In this document: in pieces, positions 57,359 to 64,000 of the stretch
Numbering within the stretch: position 1 is the stretch's first letter
Layout of the letters: every line of letters begins with the position of its first letter
Virus record (IMG/VR): IMGVR_UViG_3300022917_000008
Span: 32,001 to 96,000 of that record
Length of the DNA stretch: 64,000 nt
Origin: a virus
Taxonomy: Duplodnaviria > Caudoviricetes
Direction: 5' to 3' (one strand)
Notes under the pieces: model-generated
Told to the model about the DNA's origin: nothing
The model's database searches: none
What the model saw: the letters and a program-made list of their open reading frames with translations, nothing else
Position numbers and translations under genes: made by a program

Positions 57359-59521
57359 ATGTATGAATATCCATTAGAGGTAAAAACCTATACCAAAGAG
57401 ACTGATGCATGGTCTTCTACTACCTTCAGTACTAAGCAGGAGCACATAGAGTTTGTTAGGAACTGTGTAAAGCTACCTGGGGAGTACAGGCTGAAAGGTA
57501 CAAAGAAATGGACTGAGCAGTACACTAACTTCAAAAAGGAAGGTCTGTACACTCCACATGTTCCTAACTCTCGTCAATGGGAGAAGTACTGGCAGGAGGA
57601 GATACATAAGGTCAAGCATGGTGTAATCATAGATGGATGGTACATACCTGGCTTCTACTACTTTTATCTGAACTTCATGGAGATATTCGTGAAGGAGAAG
57701 AGAACTGTACTAGGGCCATCAGTGTGGGATTCTGACTATCACTTCATGATGTACATTATGAGGTGTATACTGGAAGGGCATCATGCAGTTGTAGTTAAGA
57801 CCAGACAAAGAGGATACTCATACAAGATTATGGCCATATTATACTGGTCATATTGCTGGTTCCAGGGAGCAGTGAACACACTAGGGGCATCAGACAAGTC
57901 TTATGTGCAGAAGACATGGGGCTATGTAGAGTCATTCAGGAACTTCATTAACACCAAAACTCCTTGGCTGAGGGGGCCACAAATCCCAAAAGCATTGGAA
58001 TGGGCTGAGAGGAAGCTGGATGAGAATGGTAACTATGTGGGTAATGACTCAATTCTAAGGGGCATATCCTTCCAACAATCACCAACTAAGGGTGTAGGTG
58101 GATACCAATCATTCTTCTTCTATGAGGAAGCTGGTGTAGCTCCAAGCATGTTAGAGACTATAGAGTACATGCTACCTGCCTTAAGAGCAGGTAGAGAAGT
58201 AACAGGTACTATTATAGTCTCAGGCTCTGTAGGTGACCTTGAGGATTGTCAGGACCTAAAGACCCTATTTACTGATCCAGAGAAGTATGGCTTCCTAGGT
58301 GTACCCAATATCTGGGATGACAAACCAGATAGGACCACATGTGGGTTCTTTGTACCAGATAGTTGGTCCCTAGTTGGATTCATAGATGCTGATGGCAATT
58401 CCTTAGTTGCAGAAGCTGAAAGGGATATTAGAGCAGCTAGGGAAAAGGACAAGGAGAGTTTAAGGCCAGAAAAGTACCAATTAAGGGTGTCACAGAATCC
58501 TCTTAGTCCTGAAGAAGCATTTGCCTTCAGAAAGAGTTCTTACTTCCCTCAATGGTTAGTACAGAGACAAAAGGACAGACTAGCTGTAGAAAAGCCTAAA
58601 GACAAGCCTGTAGTACTGTTTGAGGATGATAATGGAGCAGTAAAGTTCAGGTTTGCAGATGAGAAGGACCCACTTCCAATTGAGAACTGGCCTCTCAAAG
58701 ATGCTCAGGATAAAAGGGGATGTGTAGTTATTAGTGAGTTTCCTGGGGATACACCTGATCCATTACTGTATTTTGCTGGGGTTGACCCTGTAGCAACTGA
58801 TGTTACTACCACTTCAGAGTCACTATTCTCAGTTACCATCTTCAAGAACCTCATAGAAACTAAGGTAGAGGATGATGAGGGTAATATAAAGATCAAACTA
58901 TCAGGTTTCAGGCCTGTAGCTAGGTATGTAGGTAGGATGGAAGATATCCCTAGTACCAATAAACAGGGAGAGATGTTGATTAGAATGTACAATGCAAGGG
59001 CTAATGTTGAGTCTAATGTACCTAACTTCATCAACCATATGCAACAGAAGGGTCTGCAGAGACACTTATTCTCAAAGAAGGAGATTGGATTCCTTGAAGA
59101 TATGAAGTTCAATGAGAATGTGCACAAGCAATATGGTACACATATGACTCCCAATGTCAAATCTTACATCTTACAGAACATCAAGGACTATATAACAGAG
59201 GAGTTGGACCACATCAGGAAGGAAAATGGGGAGGTAGTTAAGACTATCTATGGGATTGAGAGGATAACTGACCTGGGATTGTTGGAGGAACTAAAGGAAT
59301 ACAGAGATGGAGTCAATACTGACAGGCTTATTTCATTTGGTCTGGCACTATCTGTGGCAAAACACTATGCTGTGAATGGTGCCCTAGTTAGGAAAGATGA
59401 AACTAAGAAGAAAGATGAGGTAATGATGCCGCACAAAAGGTCATTCTTCAAGTCACTTGATCAGAACCTTAACTATTTGCCTGGATTAAAGCCCAGGTCT
59501 TTTTTCAAACACTTAGGCTAA
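57359..59521 (+). CDS. terL: Terminase large subunit
   Basis: Walker A-like KTRQRGYSY, Walker B FFYEEAG, nuclease FAGVDP, NVESN, NTDRL. Confidence 0.9.
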   Translation: MYEYPLEVKTYTKETDAWSSTTFSTKQEHIEFVRNCVKLPGEYRLKGTKKWTEQYTNFKKEGLYTPHVPNSRQWEKYWQEEIHKVKHGVIIDGWYIPGFYYFYLNFMEIFVKEKRTVLGPSVWDSDYHFMMYIMRCILEGHHAVVVKTRQRGYSYKIMAILYWSYCWFQGAVNTLGASDKSYVQKTWGYVESFRNFINTKTPWLRGPQIPKALEWAERKLDENGNYVGNDSILRGISFQQSPTKGVGGYQSFFFYEEAGVAPSMLETIEYMLPALRAGREVTGTIIVSGSVGDLEDCQDLKTLFTDPEKYGFLGVPNIWDDKPDRTTCGFFVPDSWSLVGFIDADGNSLVAEAERDIRAAREKDKESLRPEKYQLRVSQNPLSPEEAFAFRKSSYFPQWLVQRQKDRLAVEKPKDKPVVLFEDDNGAVKFRFADEKDPLPIENWPLKDAQDKRGCVVISEFPGDTPDPLLYFAGVDPVATDVTTTSESLFSVTIFKNLIETKVEDDEGNIKIKLSGFRPVARYVGRMEDIPSTNKQGEMLIRMYNARANVESNVPNFINHMQQKGLQRHLFSKKEIGFLEDMKFNENVHKQYGTHMTPNVKSYILQNIKDYITEELDHIRKENGEVVKTIYGIERITDLGLLEELKEYRDGVNTDRLISFGLALSVAKHYAVNGALVRKDETKKKDEVMMPHKRSFFKSLDQNLNYLPGLKPRSFFKHLG

Positions 59522-62308
59522 ATGGCTAATTCAAAGAAAACAAAGAAGGGTGCAGTAGTATTAACTGCCAGAGACCTACTCAATGGGTATGTAGCTGGGG
59601 GATTAGACTACAACATATACAATATGACTCCTCTGCAGATGGTATCAGCAGATGAGAAGGATGAGGATTGGAAGAAATGGAACCTGGATTGGCTTGAAAG
59701 AGCAGGTATAAGACAGTTAATGAGGGAAAGTAGGAGACTGATCAAGAATTACCACCTTGCAAATGGTATCATAGACAAGTTTGACTACATGATAGGTCCA
59801 AACAATGATATGAGTGATCATATTGCAGTGATAGCTGAGGAGAATCAGAACACTATTCCTATCAGATTCTATCCCCTAATACCCAATGTAATCAACACAA
59901 TGGTGTCTGAGCATGCAAAGAGGGACAATAGGATCATTGCTAAGCAAGTGGATGAGCAATACTACAATGAGATGAATGAGCAGAAGATGGGTGATCTAAC
60001 TCAAATCCTTGTAGCTAGAGCTGAACAGAAGCAAATAGAGAGATTCCAGGAGATGGGCATTGACCTAAGTGATCCTGAGATGCAACAACAGGTTCAGCAA
60101 CAGCTGGATACTGCTAAGCAACTAGCTGAATTGGAGGTCAAATACAAGAACTACAGGGGTATAGCAGAGCAATGGGCTAATCATATGATAGCATATGATG
60201 ATGCTAGGTTTGACATGTACAATCTTGACAACTTGGGCTTTAGAGATTCCCTGGTTTGTGATAGAGAGTTCTGGCATATCAGGCTACTGGATGATGATTA
60301 CAAGGTGGAACTATGGAATCCAGTTACTACATTCTATCACAAGAGTCCTGAGACCTATTACATCTCTGAAGGCAACTATGTAGGTAGAATACTACTAATG
60401 TCCATTCCAGATGTAATTGATCTATTTGGGGATAAGATGACTGAGGAACAGATAACAGAGCTAAAGAATGGCTACAGGATCATTAATCACCTTCCCTTAG
60501 TTGATGACGCATATAGAGATCAGTACAACTTCTATACCAACTATGGACAGCCTTATCCGAAGAACATACAGAATGTAACCTGGGGGCAATCCATTGATGG
60601 TAAGTTTGTTAAGAGTATGGGACAACCTACTACTCCTGATAACAATGCATTCAACATGTCATGGCATGATCTAGGTAAGATCACTAGTGACTACTTTAGT
60701 ACACTGGAAGGTCCAGGTATGGTAAGAGTGACTGAGGCCTATTGGAGGTCCCAGGTCAAGGTCTTTAAGTTGACTAGAATAACTAAGGAAGGGGACATCA
60801 TAAAGACTATTGTGGATGAGAATTATATAGTCAGTGAACCACCTGTTTATGACAAGAGTATACACCAAGTAGAGAGTGCAGACAATCTCATTTCAGGAGA
60901 ACATCTGGATGCCACATGGATTAACCAGACGAGGTATGGAGTAAAGATAAATAGTTCCTTAAGCACCTACTACACAAGAAACTACACTAACTTTGATCCA
61001 ATATACATAGGAGGTGATCCTATTCCCTTTGAATTCAAGGGGCAGGGGAACCTCTATGGGTGCAAGTTGCCAGTAGAAGGTAAGATATATAGTGAAAGGA
61101 ACTCCTATTCCAGTAGTATGGTAGATAAGATGAAGAGCTACCAGATTCAATACAACATCTTCAATAACCAAATACTGGAGATGACAGCTGATGAAGTAGG
61201 TAGTGTGTTCATGATAGACCAGAACATGATACCTCGTAACTCGCTGAATGGGGAATGGGGCAAGTACAACTACCCAATGTTCCATCAAGTGATGAAGGAG
61301 TACAACATTGCCCCAGTTGATACAAGTGTTATCAATACTGGTGTAGGTACTAACTTTCAGCACTTCCAGGTAGTGGACCTTACAAAGACACAACAAATAC
61401 TTAGTAGGATACAGCTAGCTGAATGGGCTAAGACACAATGCTATGAAGTAGTAGGAATAACTAAGGAGAGGCAGGGTAATATAGCTGCATCATCATCTGC
61501 AACTGGGGTACAACAAGCAGTGCAGAACAGTTATGCTCAGACAGAGATATACTTTGATCAGCACATGAATGACCTGATGCCTAGAGTTAGACAGATGATG
61601 TTAGACGCTGCTCAATTCATTAGTGCTACTAAGCCTCAAAGTAAGATCACTTACCTGAATAGTGACGACCAGAATGTATTCTTTGAGATCGAAGGGTACA
61701 GACTACTTATGGCTGACTTCAGGGTGTATGCAAGGAGCACAGCTGATATTAAGGCTACTGTAGAGCAACTAAGGAAACTGGCAGTGGAGAACAATACTGC
61801 AGGTGGTTCCCTATATGAGATAGCACAGATGTTAACTATGCAGAGTCCAGCTGAGATCATGTCTAAACTGAAGGAAGCAGATGAGAAGAGACAACAACAG
61901 GCACAAGCTCAGAATGATCATGAGATGATGCTACAACAACAACAGCAACAGTTCCTTGAGAAAGAAGAAGAGAAGAAGGGTGCAAGACAGGATTACTGGG
62001 AAGCTAAGAAGCTTGAAACAGAGATACTTGTGGCTCAGATTAGGGCATCACAGAGTAAATCCAATGATGTCAATGGTAATGGTGTACCTGATCCTCTTGA
62101 GGCTCTGGATATACTTGAACAGCAGAAAGTCAATGCTGCAGCTATTCTGAACAACCAACAGAAGTTGGACCTGGATGAGAAGCAACACAATGACAATATC
62201 AACCTTCAAAGGGAGAAGTTGCAGGTTGAAAGAGACAAGATGGCATCAGATCAGAAGATTGAGGCCATGAAAGCCAAGGCACAGAAGAATAAGCCAAAGG
62301 CTAAATAA
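59522..62308 (+). CDS. Portal protein (crAss-like)
   Basis: 928 aa directly after TerL; FYPLIPNVIN, VGITKERQG, Q-rich coiled coil and DVNGNGVPD near the C-terminus. Confidence 0.85.
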   Translation: MANSKKTKKGAVVLTARDLLNGYVAGGLDYNIYNMTPLQMVSADEKDEDWKKWNLDWLERAGIRQLMRESRRLIKNYHLANGIIDKFDYMIGPNNDMSDHIAVIAEENQNTIPIRFYPLIPNVINTMVSEHAKRDNRIIAKQVDEQYYNEMNEQKMGDLTQILVARAEQKQIERFQEMGIDLSDPEMQQQVQQQLDTAKQLAELEVKYKNYRGIAEQWANHMIAYDDARFDMYNLDNLGFRDSLVCDREFWHIRLLDDDYKVELWNPVTTFYHKSPETYYISEGNYVGRILLMSIPDVIDLFGDKMTEEQITELKNGYRIINHLPLVDDAYRDQYNFYTNYGQPYPKNIQNVTWGQSIDGKFVKSMGQPTTPDNNAFNMSWHDLGKITSDYFSTLEGPGMVRVTEAYWRSQVKVFKLTRITKEGDIIKTIVDENYIVSEPPVYDKSIHQVESADNLISGEHLDATWINQTRYGVKINSSLSTYYTRNYTNFDPIYIGGDPIPFEFKGQGNLYGCKLPVEGKIYSERNSYSSSMVDKMKSYQIQYNIFNNQILEMTADEVGSVFMIDQNMIPRNSLNGEWGKYNYPMFHQVMKEYNIAPVDTSVINTGVGTNFQHFQVVDLTKTQQILSRIQLAEWAKTQCYEVVGITKERQGNIAASSSATGVQQAVQNSYAQTEIYFDQHMNDLMPRVRQMMLDAAQFISATKPQSKITYLNSDDQNVFFEIEGYRLLMADFRVYARSTADIKATVEQLRKLAVENNTAGGSLYEIAQMLTMQSPAEIMSKLKEADEKRQQQAQAQNDHEMMLQQQQQQFLEKEEEKKGARQDYWEAKKLETEILVAQIRASQSKSNDVNGNGVPDPLEALDILEQQKVNAAAILNNQQKLDLDEKQHNDNINLQREKLQVERDKMASDQKIEAMKAKAQKNKPKAK

Positions 62309-62409
62309 CTATGTGATCACCAGAATTAGGCCAAAATAACTTTACAGATTTGGAATTGATCTAACTATTCAATACAATTATACTGTAGAACTCTAAAAAC
62401 CAAATAGAT

Positions 62410-63636
62410 ATGCCAGAGATTTTAACTGACGAGCAGGCAGCTGCTATATGGTCAGGACAAACAACGAGTCTACTAGGGCTTGAGCCAGAGAAGAAAGTGG
62501 ATACTCCACCACCACCTGTTACAAAGCAAGAGGAGCCTCCTAAGGAACCTGTAACAACAGTAGTAAAGGATGAAGACCTTGCTAATGTGTTCCATGAGGA
62601 TGAAGAGGAAGAAGTGGAGGAACAAGAAACCCCACCTGCAACCCCTGCAAATGCTCCTCCTGCAGAGAAGAAGCCAGGGAGAAAGGCTTCAGATTTAGTA
62701 ACTGGGGTTAACCAGATGATTGAAGAAGGCCTACTCCTTGCAGCAGATGATGGACAAGGGGGTATAGTAGAGATCAAAACTATTGAAGATGCCAAAAAGC
62801 TCATTAAGTCAAACCTGGAACACAGACAGGAACAGGATGAGGAACAGTGGTGGGAGTCAAAAAAGAAAGCCTACAGTCCACAAGTACAGGCAGTACTGCA
62901 TTATGCAGACCAAGGTGCCCAGAGTGCTAGTGAAGTGATAGAGCTGCTAGGTGCAATCAGGGAAGTAGAAGAAGCTGCTGAGATTGATATCAAGACCCCA
63001 GCTGGAGCTGAGAAGGCTGTCAGAGAGACATATAGGTCCAAAGGATTCAAGGATGCTTATATAGACAAGCAGATAAACATACTCAAGGACCTGGGAGGAA
63101 GTAGACTCCAGGAAGAAGCTGCAGATTTATATCCTGAGCTTTTAGCCTCAAAACAGGCCCTAGTTGAGAAGAGTATGACAGAAAAGGAACAGAGAAGACA
63201 AGAGGCTGAAGAAGCAAGTAAGGTCTATGTTTCTACAATAAGAAAGACCCTTGACAAAGATGTTATTGGGGCTGTAAAGCTAACCAGAGAGGACAAGGCT
63301 AAGTTGTATGAAGCAATCACATTGCCTAAATACCAGTCCCTTAATGGATCAAAGACCAATCTCTTTGTGAAGACACTGGAAGAACTCCAGTTTGGCAATA
63401 ATGCCAACTATGATCATTACATGAATGTGGTACAGTTTGCTATAGACCCTCAAGGGTTCATAGATAAGTTGAAGACCTCAGTTACTAATACAGTGACTGA
63501 AGAGACCTTCAAGAAGCTGAAGACAGCTAAGGCAACATCTGCTACCACAAACAATGATGATGCAAACAACAGAACACAAGTAGGCAGAACAAATAAAACA
63601 CTCCCTAGTAAAGGATTTGTAAACCCCTACTCCTAA
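62410..63636 (+). CDS. Probable capsid scaffold/assembly protein
   Basis: Acidic Pro-rich N-terminus; position between portal and capsid genes. Confidence 0.6.
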   Translation: MPEILTDEQAAAIWSGQTTSLLGLEPEKKVDTPPPPVTKQEEPPKEPVTTVVKDEDLANVFHEDEEEEVEEQETPPATPANAPPAEKKPGRKASDLVTGVNQMIEEGLLLAADDGQGGIVEIKTIEDAKKLIKSNLEHRQEQDEEQWWESKKKAYSPQVQAVLHYADQGAQSASEVIELLGAIREVEEAAEIDIKTPAGAEKAVRETYRSKGFKDAYIDKQINILKDLGGSRLQEEAADLYPELLASKQALVEKSMTEKEQRRQEAEEASKVYVSTIRKTLDKDVIGAVKLTREDKAKLYEAITLPKYQSLNGSKTNLFVKTLEELQFGNNANYDHYMNVVQFAIDPQGFIDKLKTSVTNTVTEETFKKLKTAKATSATTNNDDANNRTQVGRTNKTLPSKGFVNPYS

Positions 63637-63660
63637 TTAGATTAAATCCCCTTATAAGAT

Positions 63661-64000
63661 ATGAGTACACCAGTAATTAATAATGGTATATTCTACAGAC
63701 AGACACAGTTCGACATGAGGTCCCACATGGCTAAGAACTATCTGCCATTCATGAATGTAGATAAGGTCACTGACCTTGGTCCTGTAGAGTATTGGGCAAT
63801 GACTAGAAAGTCAGAGATGCCATTATATAAGATGTCTAGCTTTGGAGGTAAGAACATTGTTGAGATTGATGGCAATGTAGCTAGATTCCAAGTCCCAGTG
63901 TCAATGGATGATACTGTTGAAATAGTAGCAGATATTACTACTGTTGACAAGCCTGGACTTGATGGAATGAAGTTTGAAATCCTTGTGTCTACAGACAGAT
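63661..64000 (+). CDS. Major capsid protein, N-terminal part (runs off the right edge)
   Basis: MSTPVINNGIFYRQTQFDMRSH...DLGPVEYWAM...MPLYKMSSFGGKN; gene order TerL-portal-scaffold-MCP. Confidence 0.75.
   Translation, partial: MSTPVINNGIFYRQTQFDMRSHMAKNYLPFMNVDKVTDLGPVEYWAMTRKSEMPLYKMSSFGGKNIVEIDGNVARFQVPVSMDDTVEIVADITTVDKPGLDGMKFEILVSTDR

Noticed and set aside
57359-62308. Inteins or introns in the terminase or portal
   Set aside because: The ORFs are continuous, of expected size, and show no intein splice-junction or LAGLIDADG motifs.
43010-64000. Genome-wide TAG reassignment as in some crAss-like phages
   Set aside because: Terminase, portal, scaffold and other long genes are uninterrupted in the standard code and several genes end sensibly at TAG; only the Pth2 gene shows an internal amber.

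Overview
A 64 kb piece of a large dsDNA phage genome of the crAss-like (Crassvirales-related) type, probably infecting Bacteroidota. The right end has a PD-(D/E)XK nuclease, large terminase, portal, probable scaffold and the start of the major capsid protein. Bacteroidota-type TTTG-N19/20-TAnnTTTG promoters are present and CpG is visibly scarce. Positions 1 to ~42.8 kb are read on the minus strand (accessory and early genes), and ~43 kb to the end on the plus strand. The window is unusually rich in RNA and translation functions. (1) It has tRNA genes for all 20 amino acids, and three tRNA blocks each follow a short leader peptide, antiterminator and terminator whose control codons match the amino acids of the tRNAs downstream, suggesting tRNA-sensing attenuation. 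(2) A TROVE/Ro60-like vWA gene sits next to 12 Y-RNA-like elements that share a bulged CUUAGAAU/UUAG helix attached to tRNA scaffolds in several topologies. (3) A ~260-nt RNA resembles the 23S rRNA uL11-binding GTPase centre. (4) An amber (CUA) tRNA lies directly upstream of a Pth2-like gene with TAG at codon 3. (5) There are also a tmRNA with a 38-codon tag, a stand-alone GGQ domain, an HD alarmone-hydrolase-like gene and a TerY-phosphorylation triad. All protein calls come from recognising motifs by eye; no database search or folding program was run, so novelty is unverified.
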